From assembly GCF_006345805.1 (NCBI RefSeq), contig NC_043008.1, positions 35,030,001 through 35,094,000 on the forward strand: DNA of 64,000 bases. Reading direction: 5' to 3'. Shown here one piece after another: positions 38,351 through 51,003 of the stretch. Every line of letters starts with the position of its first letter. Within the stretch, counting starts at the first letter, position 1. This DNA comes from Octopus sinensis. Lineage: Eukaryota. Below the pieces are notes generated by a model. That model ran no database searches and was not told the origin of the DNA. It saw nothing but the letters and a program-made list of their open reading frames with translations. The position numbers and the translations under genes were made by a program.

Positions 38351-39155
38351 ACTGCTCTAGCTCTTTACAGCTGTTTTATCTATAATGCTCCGTTGGGTTA
38401 AGAGAGGGTATCGATGTCAGCGCGCCACTACATACATATCTAAAACAACTTGTGGCACTCGCTTGCAAGTGACGACTTAGTACATGCACGTGAATCACAT
38501 ATCCGTCTGTCCGTCTAAGATTTTGTACATTCGTTAATTTTTCTTTGTTTGTATTAATGATACGTCCCGCACTTGGTAAAGAGGACGGCACCCTAGTTCA
38601 GAGTGGTTCAATACTTTTTAAGATGTTAGAAAATAGCTATAGAAAGATGGTGAATTTCATAGTCCTAAAGGTAACTCTTCCGAAATATGAGATACAGACT
38701 TAGCTATAAGAACAATAGAAGCTTCAAACAAGCAAGCAGGCACCATACTACCTCGGAATAACTCTGCTAATTTTTAATTAATGACCTCCTAGGTCGAGAA
38801 TACAAAGTTTAATACACAGAATATATAAATTAGCAAATAGAAGTGAGATTATATCAGGGTTCGCAATTAAATTTGTTTGTAACCCTTCATTGGGTGTTCT
38901 AAGTGCATTGAATGCTTAACCAAAACGGATAATCAGGGAACACTTTGTTGCATTAGTTAGGGACAATTACGTAGCAAAACACTTATTTATGATATATGTA
39001 TATATATATAAACAATTGCAGCATGAAGATGTTTATAGCCGTTCAAGAAACACACACAAAACGTTAGATTCACTTCAAACATTAAATTTAATTTGCCAAA
39101 ATATTTTCGTCGCTTTGAGACCGCGACCAGTTCACTGACAAAATTCCGTCTGCAT

Positions 39156-39186
<31 letters not shown>

Positions 39187-39199
39187 CTATATATACATA

Positions 39200-39362
39200 T
39201 ACGACAGTCTTCTTTCGGTTCTGTCAACCAAATCCACTCACAAGCTTTTGTCAGTCCACGGCTATAGTAGAAAACACTGATGCTCAAGGTGCCACGCAGT
39301 GGGAACTGAACTTGGAAACATGTGGTTGGGAGGCAAACTGCTTATACACAGCCACCCTACGC
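39200..39362 (-). mobile_element. SINE family B, 5' part
   Basis: Plus strand CAAATCCACTCACAAGC..CAAGGTGCCACGCAGTGGGAACTGAAC..TTATACACAGCCAC. Confidence 0.8.
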
Positions 39363-39446
<84 letters not shown>

Positions 39447-39556
39447 TAAGTATAAGTATACGTATTTATAATTAATATATAACATAATATATGATACATC
39501 ATATTATATATACGTATATTATACATGATATATATATATATTTCCTTTCCTCAGTT

Positions 39557-39593
<37 letters not shown>

Positions 39594-39984
39594 TAAATGT
39601 GCATTATAATATGTATACCCTTTTACTTTGTTTCATTCATTAGATATATATGAGTATATACATTTACACACACACACACACACAAATTTTCGTTCACAAG
39701 TTGCACTTCAGATTCGAAGGAAGGTAAGCAGCAAAAACATGACAAACAATACCCATGAGATATAAATATTATTAGACAATATTTTGATTATTAGGTTTAG
39801 TTATGTAGGTTGTCTCTTCTGCAGTAATACGAAGCTAATCTATAATATTAATACGGTTTTACCTGCATACGTCTGTGACACTTTCAATATAGCATTAAGA
39901 TAGGGAGGAATTATACTGAGTAGAAATGGCAGGCAAAAGTTAGAAATGGAAAAATGAGAGCGAAGGGATGAAGAGAGATTGATT

Positions 39985-40020
<36 letters not shown>

Positions 40021-40651
40021 CAGAGAGAGAGAGGGGTTAATAGCGATGGAAAGGAAGTAGAGTGTTTAGCAGAGGTAGCAGTAACGGTCAAAAAGCTTAG
40101 AAATAAAGAATGCTATTCATATAATCACACACACACACATCCGCATTCGCAGACACGTAATATACTTCGAACTGTAGTAGTTTAATGTTAATGTAGTGAC
40201 TTGAGAAGTGTGAATGTTGATTAATAAAGGTGATAGTGATGGTTGTTAGTGGTAAAAAGGTAACGATGAAGACTGTAGGTTTTTTTCTTTTGTCTTATTC
40301 AACTAAAATCTATTATTCTTTTTACAGTTACGCAATCATTTAACGCATGCGCCTTAATACAAGTAATTGTCGTCTGCTAGACAACGAAGCGTCAGCCATT
40401 TATATTTTTCCCATCTAATAAAATAGGGACAATGAACGAAAGAGGGAACGTGAGAGAGAGAGGGTCTGGAGGAAGAAAGAGAGAGAGAGGGGGGAAAGAA
40501 CGAGAAGTTATAGGGCACAGCAGAAGAAAATACGAATGTAATACAACGCAATGAGTATTCCCAGCAGACGAGAGAAAGGATATCAAGAAAACAGAAATTT
40601 GATGTTTACAACCGTCGAATTTCCGTGAAACAAGGTAGTAAATAATATGAT

Positions 40652-40867
40652 TCTTTCTTCTATTGATACAAAACCTGGAATTTAAGTGGAGGGAACGAGT
40701 CGATTACATCGACCCCCAGTACTCGATTAATACTTATTATATGGACCCTGAAATATGAAAGGCAAAGTCGAACTCGGTGGAGTTTGAAATCAGAATGCTA
40801 AGGTTCGGAAGAAATGTTGCTAAGCATTTTGTCCGACACGCTAAGAATTCTGCTAGCTCGCCACCTT
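40652..40867 (-). mobile_element. SINE family A
   Basis: Plus strand GTCGATTACATCGACCCCAGT..GAAAGGCAAAGTCGAACTCGG..GCTAGCTCGCCACCTT. Confidence 0.8.
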
Positions 40868-40887
40868 AATATAATATAGTGTATGTA

Positions 40888-41026
40888 AAGGTGTGCGCCC
40901 AAGTTGATAAGCTGTTACGATTTCAAGACCCTGGTTTCTATTTCCGACTGGGAGGTGTGTTGTATTCTTGAGCAAAGCACTTTATTCCATGTTGCTTCAC
41001 TCCACACGACGTTCCGTTTAGGAGGG
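40888..41026 (+). mobile_element. SINE family C, degraded 5' part
   Basis: GTGTTGTATTCTTGAGCAAAGCACTTTATTCCATGTTGCTTCACTCCAC. Confidence 0.6.
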
Positions 41027-41049
41027 AATGTCCTGATCTTGGCTATTTA

Positions 41050-41408
41050 TACATCTTAGGTCTGTTCACTTAGCCTGAGAAGCGCATTTAGGCCAACGTC
41101 AGATAGTCTGGTCAATGCAGTAATGATATTATTGAGTGATAGAGCAAAGCACGCCATCAAAGTGACACAAGGGTACAAATATACAAAGCCCAATTTACCC
41201 ATCATGACTACCCATCTGATAAGGGTGCACCAGGCACATGCATCACAACCATATGTGCGCGACATGGTGATCTCATTCATATAAAGTAAACAGTGCATGA
41301 TCTTACCGGTGGGACCCTAGTTAGAATTTTCTTCAGGTCGAGTAGCCCATCTCGTTCAAAAGGTCCCTGAATAAAAGTTGTTTAAGGATGTTGAATGAAA
41401 CACCCATG
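41050..41408. mobile_element. Probable unclassified dispersed repeat fragment
   Basis: GC-richer block with an abrupt right junction into a SINE A 3' half (ATGTAATCGACTTACC at 41409). Recalled as a common octopus repeat, but there is only one copy here. Confidence 0.35.
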
Positions 41409-42519
41409 ATGTAATCGACTTACCTCCTCCCCCAAAAATGCTGGCCTTGTACTAAAATTTGAAACCAATATGATATGTATAATTATCTTTGAGGCATAAA
41501 TTTTGCTGGTAGCTAATTTTGTACATCATTATTAGTACATTAGTTATCGATTTTAGAATGATGGAATTAAAAATGCATCAATGTAAAATTTGAACTCAGA
41601 AATGTAAAGCAGGGACTTAAAGTCTTTCATTGTATTTCTGTCCTGTTTTGACTTCACTCGATTTATTTTGGATCAATTGGCATTACGATTTCTGGACATG
41701 TTTTCTACATACATACATATATACATACATAGTACGTACATATATACGTACTCCCCTACATACGTGTAAATATGTATGTATATGTACATAAACATACGCA
41801 CACATGTATATGTATATACTACATGTGCGTGTATGTATATGTATGTGTGTGTGAGTGCGTGTGGTGTATGTGTGTGTGCATGAATACATGTGTAAACATG
41901 TATATTTAGTATTTATCCTACATATTTTTTCTCTTGAACATAGCGTTCTTAATTTACTTTCTACTTTCGTATATGTGTTTACATTTTATTTCCACTTTTT
42001 CTACACCTCTAACAAATAAACAAATAAATGAAAATAAAAATGAAAATAAAAACTCGGAAAAAACACTGTGAAACGATTGGCTTTTTTTCCAAACGAAATT
42101 TTAATTTTCGTTTACATTGAATCATCTTGCTATATTCAAATTTAAAAAAGAATATGTTTTATACAAAATTCATAATCAAAAATTTAATAATCAATGTTTC
42201 CGGCATAATTACATGTTAATTTTTTGTTTTAATTATACTGCCAGAGAGGGCGATTTATAGTTATAACATTTAAAGCAACGAAGAAATTGCGTTGCATTAA
42301 TGAATTATCACTAACCACATTACATTTTAAGTTCCAATCCCGCTAGTGACAAGTCTAGCCTTCATCTTTCCACAGTCGATAAAGAAAAATGTCAGCTAAA
42401 ACCTAAATCGTTATTATCGAATGTTTTCCCCTTAAATTTCTGTCTTTCTGTATAAGTTTGAAGCCATTAAACTATCAACAAGGTTTTGTTTTTTATACAA
42501 TTGGCGCAAATAGAACTTC

Positions 42520-43310
42520 GTTACACTTCAAAGGTCTTCAATTCAAACTTTGAACTCTGCCATACATTTCAGGAAGGTTTCATATCCGAGGACTTTCCCG
42601 CTTAGTAAACGAAATCTTAGTTTATAATCTTTGAGAATCATTTTGATTTGCTGAATTAAAAGCTACATCGACATGATATATCGCCAAAATAATTGTTTCA
42701 GATAAAGGTGTCGCTCTTTTGATACTCTTGAGTGATGAAATCTATGGCCAAAAACATCACATTCGTCCCCATCCGGTATTTTTTCCTGTCACAGGGCACT
42801 CGAAATCATATTATCTAATGTGGTTTTTTTCCCGGGTTTTTGTGTGTGATTGGAGGGAAATTTCGGTGCTATTCTTCGTAGTTTCGTGCAGTGAAACTTC
42901 CATTGTAGACAATGAGTGATTTGTTACCTTGATTGACAAAAAACTTAACTTTAATCTAAAGGTGTCATTTCCAAAGGATTTTGTCGGTTGAAAGCGCAAT
43001 CTTTTCTGAATTTTTCAGTTGATCATTTCAGACAAGCTATGATTGCTATGTGGCAAAAAGAATCTTCATTAAACTAATTAGAAAATAAAATTAGACTCTT
43101 TGGAAGATTTCAATAGATTTGTTTTCTGTAAGCAATTCTTGGATTTCTCATACGCAAATCCTGTACCAAATTCCATATTTTTTTCAACGGTCGCCATGAT
43201 GTATTCTTCCAAATACAATAAAGGACCTATTTTATCCCCTTGAGCTAGATTTTTGAGCCTTCTCTTATGTGAGAAATTCCATATATTTAGCCCCGGGTCA
43301 TACACAAAAG
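42520..43310 (-). mobile_element. Highly decayed Tc1-like transposase remnant
   Basis: Minus strand 42600-42560 translates AGKSSDMKPS*NVWQSSK, resembling WPxxSPDLNPIENxW; upstream frames are broken by many stops. Confidence 0.4.
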
Positions 43311-43803
43311 AGCTAACTTTATAATCAAAAGATACTCAAGATTTCACAATCCCGTTTTTTTTTTTGTATATCAAGTATTATAGTTACTAATTTCTACTTC
43401 GTTATTATACATTTCTTTTGTCTTTTCTGAGGTCTGCAAGAAAGGACAAAGTCCATGTTCCTCTAGGCCTTCTCAGACCTGTGAGGCTGATGTGAATTTG
43501 TTGCCAAATCAAATTCCGAGGATAAAAAAAATCATGTAATAATGTAAAAGAAATAATTTTTCAAAAATCTGTAATTTTGCTTGAAGTGTTCTTTGATGGA
43601 AGGTGAACCTAAAATCCTGTCACTCTTTAAAAATATAGTCTAATATATATGCGACGCTTATTTTATATGTCTGTGTGCGCACATACGCATATATATGAAT
43701 AAATATATACATATATACATATACATACATATGTATATATATACACATATATATATTTATGTATACTTTGTACATTAACAATATGTTTGTATTCATATAT
43801 ACG

Positions 43804-43861
<58 letters not shown>

Positions 43862-44379
43862 TATATATTGATTTTATTTTCATTTCATAAAAATCTATAT
43901 TTCCATATCGAACCTACATTTTGTGATTATTTTATACAGTCAATAAATTTCGTTGATAAATTATATTTTTATGATGCAGCATGTATTTAAATATATTTTA
44001 TGGATAATTGTAAACTCGATTTAGTTTTTCATTTTTCAATGAGGAAAATAATGTTTCGATAAATATTACTGCAACTTATAAAATAATATAGCAGCCTACT
44101 TATATTATAACAATAGGGTTAAAAAATTGTTAACTATGAAATTGGCAGTAAATATATACGTGCGCATGCGCTTGTATTCATCTCTGTATTCATCTATAGA
44201 AGTTCATAGTTGTTCGATCGATTCAATGAATGAGGGATTGATTAACTGATTGATTAATTGATTAAATGATTGATTGATTGATTGAATTTCATTAGGAAGT
44301 GAGTCGATTTAGTTTTTATGTCAACTCTGAGTAAAGCGTGATATAAAAGACTAGCAGTGACTGGCATAGGAATAGAAAG

Positions 44380-44665
44380 AGACATAGCTGGATGGCTAAG
44401 AAATTCGCTTGGCAACCACGTGGTTTCAGGTCCAGTCCTACTTCGCGACAACTTCAACAAGTGTCTTCCACTATAGTATCGGACCGAATAACGCCTTGCC
44501 AGTGAAATTGATAGACGTAAACTCTGCAGAAGTCCGGCATGTGTGTGTGTTTTTTTTTGTATACCACTTGACAACCAGTGTCAGCGATAGCACAAGTACC
44601 GGACTTTGAAAAACATGTTCTGGTGTCAATTTGTCTGACTAAGCCTTTCAAGACAGCATGATTCA
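44380..44665 (+). mobile_element. SINE family B, degraded
   Basis: GCTGGATGGCTAAGAAATTCGCTTGGCAACCACGTGGTTTCAGGTCCAGTCC..CAAGTGTCTTCCACTATAG. Confidence 0.7.
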
Positions 44666-45039
44666 TCCTCTATAGGTCAGGTCTCTCTGTCACCAAGTTT
44701 ATAGTAGTGAAATAGAACCAGTGAATGTGTGTGTGTGTTATTTACTGGCATAATGACCCACTCATGATGCAACAAAATATGTTTCAACACACAAGTTTAC
44801 ATTAAAAATCTTGTAAACCAAATGCAAAGATGAAATATGGTTCTAACTTTGATTAAGGGTTATAAATGTTATTATGTATTACAAAATATACCCATAAATG
44901 TATATTGGTTTGAAATGACAGTGTGTTATGTAACATTTATTTTGACATTGGATCACTCTAGTATAATTTCTTTTTTGAGCTCAGCAAAAGAAAGGCATGG
45001 TCTGTCACAAACTGTGCACACAAAATGTCACTGAAATTC

Positions 45040-46725
45040 CCCTTCTCGATTGCAACATTCTTCTTTTAATCTCTCTTGAGTCTTGGATGTATAATCCTGG
45101 CCTTCTCAAAAGCTTTCACTCCACTCCACGCTTTTGTTCCCCATCCAGTTCGATCCGAAGCAAGTGTTTCTATGGATCTCGGATCCATTCCAAGTGACTT
45201 AATGATGGTCCTTATGCCGTCCTTAAACCTCTTTTTAGGTTTACACCGATTGTGTTTCCCTTCTCCAAGCTCGCTATGAAACAGCTGTACGGGTGTGCGT
45301 TCTTCCGTCATTCGAACCAGCTCATTTGGTTTTTCAGAATCATTGATGCCTGCAGATGCAAAGACATCTGTGTCTTGAGTAAAAAAAGCCCCATTTCATG
45401 TTTAAAATGCAGTGGTGAATGCATTTTGGTGGAATCGTTCTAACAGTTTGAAATGTTTTTCATAACACGTCCATGTTTCAGAAGAATGCAACAAAGATGG
45501 TAAGACAAGCGATTTGTAAAGAGCCAATTTTGTGTCGTTATTAATGTTGTTGGCGCCAAACGCTTGACTCCAAACCACCAAATGCTTGGGCTGCCTTTTG
45601 AATTCGCAGATGTATTTCTGTATCCAGATTTCTATCATTTTGTACAGAGCTTCCGATGTAGATAAAAGAGTTAACAACCCCAAGTAGCTTACCCTTAACG
45701 AAAACTTTAGTGGGGTTGCAAACAGCATCACGTGCAGGCTGATATATTACAACTGTTTCTTGATGGTCAAGCCAAATGCAGATACAAGAGATTGCAGGCC
45801 TGTTTCATAGTGGCTGACTAGATCGCAATCATCAGCGTATAAGAGTTCCCTAATGTGTGAAGTAAAAATCTTTGTTTTGAATTTCAGTCTGGTCAGATCA
45901 AAATATAAACCAATAAATAATATGTATGTGTGTGTGTGTGTGTGTAAGTAAGTATGAATGTGTGCACATATAGACAGGAAGAAAGAGACAGACAGAAAGA
46001 AAAGAAGAAAGAGGAGAGTGAGAGGGTAGAGGATGTCTTTCGAGGGTAAGGTTTCCATTAGCGTCCATTTAAATCAGTGGATCTCAACCAGCGTCCACTT
46101 GCCCCTTGGGGGTCCATATAAGATTCTGTTGTTAAAAACCTATCTGCAATAAGTTGCTTTCTATTCTTCAATACACAAACTATTTTAACAGTTGTTCGAT
46201 AATTTATGTAAATACACTCTTCGGAGGTTTTAAAAGCGTGTGACAGCACAACAGCAAAGTATATTGCAAAGAGGGTGGGTGTACCAAGGTCTCCTTGCTT
46301 TACTCCATTTTCCACGGCAAAAGATTCAGAAGGCCTAGTACCAAAATTAACTCTAGCCTTTATATCTTTATGCAAAGCCCTGATCATGTTTACAAATATT
46401 TCCAGGCAACCTATTATCTTTAGAATTAGCCACAGAGAATTTCGATTAACAGTATCGAATGCCTTGGTTAAATCAACAAAGCAATGCTATAGGGCAAGGT
46501 TTTGTTCAATGCAATTTTCCTGAAATTGTCTGTTAGTAAAGATACAATCAACTGTTCAACTGTACACATTGAGAGTCAGACACTATATTTGGAAGTATGA
46601 ATGTATTTAAACGGTCTAACAGAATGCGGGCAAATACCTTTCCAACTACAAACGAAAGCGAAATTTCGCGAAAATTACCACACAGAATCTTAGACCCCGA
46701 CTTATGCAAGTAGGCAAAAGTCCAT
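45040..46725 (-). mobile_element. RTE (BovB-like) LINE reverse transcriptase, 5'-truncated, frameshifted and interrupted
   Basis: In order on the minus strand: CGNFREISLSFVVGKVFARILLDRL; NGVKQGDLGTPTLFAIYF; RELLYADDCDLV (YADD 45839-45828); TKLALYKSLVLPSLLHSSETWT..LERFHQ; PVQLFHSELGEGKHNRCKPKKRFKD..SDRTGW. Confidence 0.92.
46075..46189 (+). mobile_element. 5' half of the hAT MITE, nested in the RTE RT
   Basis: CAGTGGATCTCAACC..GGGGTCCATATAAGATTCTGTTGTTAAAA..CAATACACAAACTATTTTAAC is homologous to the left ~115 bp of 37177-37427. Confidence 0.8.
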
Positions 46726-46730
46726 AATCT

Positions 46731-46775
<45 letters not shown>

Positions 46776-47091
46776 GTGTGTATAATGTGACGAAAGATAA
46801 ATGCTGAGTGATACGTCAGTGGTGACTTCTGGCAGCGAAGAGGGAATCAATAGTATTTTAAACATTGACTTCTTATCTTGACAAAGAATATTTACTTAAT
46901 GGCAGGAAGGTATAAGATATAAATTCCATCGAATCGACCCAGGCAGACCGCCTGTATTTATATCGAAGGCAGAATAAAAAGCAAAGTGGAACACAGGGAG
47001 GTATACATACATACATACATACATACATAATAAATACATGCATACACGCATACATACATACATATACATATATATATATGTATGTATATAT

Positions 47092-47137
<46 letters not shown>

Positions 47138-47228
47138 TATATTATATATATGTGCATATATATGCGTATATATATATATATATATTTTTGCATATATATA
47201 TATGCATATATATATATTATATATATAT

Positions 47229-47274
<46 letters not shown>

Positions 47275-47276
47275 TG

Positions 47277-47311
<35 letters not shown>

Positions 47312-47609
47312 AGAACTTCTAAACACGCATTCGTTTTGGATTCTACCTGTCTGCGATTATCCAAAGGTTCAAGATGTAATTGCTATATTATTCTTCATTT
47401 AAGCATGAGCCAACAACTGACTCTCCACGTGATTATTCCACCTGATAGAAACTGCAGTAACACTTCCCCTAAGTCACAGTCTTGCATCTTTAAAAAACAA
47501 CAACAAAAAACACGCAAGTAAACATTTGATAACATGGTGGTGGGGCTAAGATAGGAACACTCTCTGAATATAAATTTACTGGACGAAGATTAACCTAGGA
47601 CTAAACAAT

Positions 47610-47664
<55 letters not shown>

Positions 47665-48444
47665 TGAACAACGGCAGCTCATAATCAGTGTTTTTTTTTA
47701 CATTTGAGCAAAACTATAACTTTTTATGGGAGGAGTTGAACGGATTTAATCAATTTCAATCCATGGCCGATGCTTACTCTATTGGACACTTAAAGATGAA
47801 AAACAAAATCGACCTCAGCGTTTTTACAGATTGTAAATATTGACAAGAGAAATCAATAACAATTCGTTTGCAAACAGTTGCAACCACTACGAACAACAAC
47901 GACAACAATAGGCCCGAGTACAATTGCTATGATTGACTGCAGTAACAACAGAAGCTTCTGCAGAGAATATGAATAGTTATAATTTCTTTGAAGTCTCGTG
48001 CTATAAATATGGCACCGTGTAACAGGGCTACTGCATAAATTATAGCTGAAAAACTGCTTTCACATAAATTAATTTGCCCGTTGACGGATGTGGTCGATTA
48101 GAAAATACCAATATATTGAGACTTTTATTGCTGTTGTTGTTTAATATGAGATCAGATCAGATCGAGAAGACTTATTTCAAAGGCTTTCCAGCAAGAACCG
48201 TCTTGTCTGTATAAAGCGAATTTAGAACCACGTTGTACAGTCTTTAATCTTTCTTTATTTCTTTCAGTGATTGAACTGCAGCCATGCTGGAGCAACACCT
48301 TAAATGTCAAACAAGTCGCCCGCAGTATTTCTATTTTTAGGTCTGATACCTACTCCATCGACCTCTTTTTGCCGAACTTCCAAGTATGTGTGTGTGTATG
48401 GCTGGTGTATATATATATATATATATATATGTATGGGTGGTGTG

Positions 48445-48475
<31 letters not shown>

Positions 48476-48499
48476 GTCCAAGGTGTCCCTTGTATAACA

Positions 48500-49200
48500 A
48501 TGAACCAATGGAGCAGGTATGAAAACTTGCAATTGTCAGGTTTCTCAACTATACCCTTCTTGGAGGCTTCTGTCTACGTAAAAATGCAGTCTACAAGTGC
48601 AGTGCTATAACACCACGCACCCACCAAGCTAGGGTATACAGTATTAGCCAAAAGTCACCTGAGAGTAAGTCAAAACCATTTAATTCCAAGATTAAAACAA
48701 AAACTTATTTTATATACGACATCGCTAATAAATAGACAAATGTTAAAAAACGCAGGATTTTAACTCACAGTATTCAATTATTAAACTTTCATAATTGGGA
48801 TGAATAAATAAAATTTAATATTAAGCATTTAAGGAATTTTGATTTAATGTCGGGTGACTTTTGGACAACCCTGTATATCGGGGGCAAAGTAGATTCCAAG
48901 CCCGCTACCGTGCACACATGAATTCTTTCTCCAATCCAAATCCTAAATTATCAACTTCCTTAGCAACTTATATACATAACCTTAAATCTCAAAATATTTC
49001 ATACACCCTTTCCTGGTCCATAATGAGGGAGGCTCCCCCATACAATGCAAACATCGGCAAGTGTAAGTTATGTCTAAAAGAATCATTAACCATTCTTCGC
49101 TTTCATATAACTCCTCATAACTTAATAACTTCTGAGTAATTTATTCTTGTAAACACAAGTTATACTCATCTTTCACGCACTTTAGTAAATCTACGTAGTC
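48500..49200 (+). mobile_element. Penelope-like element GIY-YIG endonuclease remnant
   Basis: After removing the MITE and one TA: KTCNCQVSQLYP/LGGFCLRKNAVYKCSAITPRTHQARVYIG, then (frameshift) SRFQARYRAHMNSF..STSLATYIHNLKSQNISYTLSWSIM..CKLCLKESLTIL..SE. This fits the Penelope EN layout CxC..C..VY..YIG..RxxxH..CxLCxxE. Confidence 0.88.
48639..48873. mobile_element. Tc1/mariner-type MITE (235 bp) with TA TSD
   Basis: 21 bp TIRs CAGTATTAGCCAAAAGTCACC versus CAGGGTTGTCCAAAAGTCACC (17/21); TA at 48637-48638 and 48874-48875. Confidence 0.88.
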
Positions 49201-49214
49201 CCAAATATGTATGT

Positions 49215-49420
49215 AAAGGAGAGTTCACGAAAAAAACAAAAGACGAAGACATGTGCTGTAGGAAACAAACATATGTATTAGTATAACGCTCAGGAATTGA
49301 AAAAGTCTTTTACGTTTCGAGCCTACGCTCTTCTACAGAAAGGGACACAGATAAAAACAAGGAAAGAAACAAAGAGAGAAAAAATGTGTAGTGGCTACCG
49401 ATCTATCATGGCGACTGCCG
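49215..49420 (-). mobile_element. Penelope-LTR-like module H1 with mutated hammerhead (49307-49342)
   Basis: CTTT-CTGTAGA-A-GAGC(GTAG)GCTC-GAAA-CGTA-AAAG; stems perfect, core A6 replaced by U. Confidence 0.72.
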
Positions 49421-49453
49421 GACAGAAGGGTCACACAACATCTGAAACTTATA

Positions 49454-49510
<57 letters not shown>

Positions 49511-49513
49511 TTG

Positions 49514-49556
<43 letters not shown>

Positions 49557-49756
49557 ACAGAGATGGAGAGGAGAAGGATATAAAAATGAATAGAAAGGAG
49601 ACAATGTTGTCTTATGGTAATGGATGCATGTGACGTGTACAGGCCTGAAAAGTCATATCCGAGCTCATTCATGGATGAAAGTAAATCAGAACAATCATGC
49701 TGAATGTGAGAGAGCTAACATCTGACAAGATGCGGCAGTCACAATAGATTGGAAGT

Positions 49757-49799
49757 CCACCTGAAGATTGTCGATCAAGACAAGAAACAATTGTAGTGG
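49757..49799 (+). ncRNA. Minimal type-I hammerhead ribozyme motif, intact core and stems
   Basis: CCAC-CTGAAGA-TTGTC(GATCAA)GACAA-GAAA-CAATTG-TA-GTGG: stem I 4 bp, stem II 5 bp, palindrome ACAATTGT 49787-49794, GUA triplet; predicted cut after 49795. Confidence 0.82.
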
Positions 49800-50754
49800 C
49801 GGTTTTTTTGACTATTTATTAAAATTTTATGTATTGATTAAGTCTTTCCTTGTTTGTTTTGCAAAATAGTGGTTTTGTCTCTAATAATATTTTATATATA
49901 TATATATATATACATACACACACAAACACATGTATATACACAACGCGCTTCCTTCAGCTTCTGTCTATCAAATTTACTCAGAAAGCTTTGGTCAGCACAA
50001 TGCTATAGTAGAAGATACTTCTGTAGAAGCATGTGTTAATACGTATGTATCAATGTATACGTATATGTATATACACATATCATTCTATATGCGTGTACGC
50101 TCGCGCGCACAGGCACACATCAGAATGTTTGCATACATTGGTTTGTAGGTATTTATATAAATGCGTATGTTTCACCGATTTATATCAGAGAGGGATATAA
50201 ACATCGCTGGGAAACCCGAGACAGTTGACACTTGCCTTGCGAAGTGCCCCGATATAATTAATTCTGCATTGGTTTTGCAGACTCTTTTTTGTAACTCTCA
50301 TCGTCGTAAATGCTTTGCACCACTGACTGGTAAGTTGGAAACTTGTTAAAACGATTCTGCTGTTCAAAATTTTCCTATAAAAAGAAACGACGTGAAATGT
50401 CGGTTCCAAAGTTAATGAGAGCGTTGCAGTGAATCAGTTCTTGTGTGGCACTAACTACTGATATATATACATAATTAGATATTGATTAATTGATTGATTT
50501 TTGTGATTCATTGATTAATTGACTTTGAGATCATTTTTCCTTTGGTTATGCTGTTTATATGACGTAGAATACACAACATGTCTGATTAATACCGCCACCA
50601 TTGATACTGTGCAGCCTCACCGCGGCCAAGATCAAGCAAATCTGTGGTGCAGCTACATTCCAGCCGTGGCCACCCCGTCGTTTATTTAGATGCCGTGTGT
50701 ATAGGATCGCATATTGAAAGAAGTTCTGAGTTGCATATATATATATTTTCAAAA

Positions 50755-50940
50755 TGTGACCTCGTGTGTACCGTTGGCGATTTTTTTCCTCTGTCTTCCC
50801 TTCTCGGGATCTTTCCTTCTCCTATGTTTCCGACGAAGAGCTCCGCTCGAAACGTTGAAACCCTCCTTCTTCCCTTCTTTCCTGAGCGTCCAGTAATACT
50901 ATATTTGTTCCACGTCCTCGGTTTTCTTGTTTGGATTAAC
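50755..50940 (+). mobile_element. Short hammerhead-bearing module H2 (HHR-like 50826-50861)
   Basis: GTTT-CCGACGA-A-GAGC(TCC)GCTC-GAAA-CGTT-(G)AAAC; same ends as the inverted copy at 54693-54900; followed by (TA)n. Confidence 0.72.
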
Positions 50941-50946
50941 TTTATA

Positions 50947-51003
<57 letters not shown>

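Noticed and set aside
48861-49139. 92 aa ORF as a standalone small gene
   Set aside because: Its start lies inside a MITE TIR; it is the 3' piece of a broken Penelope endonuclease.
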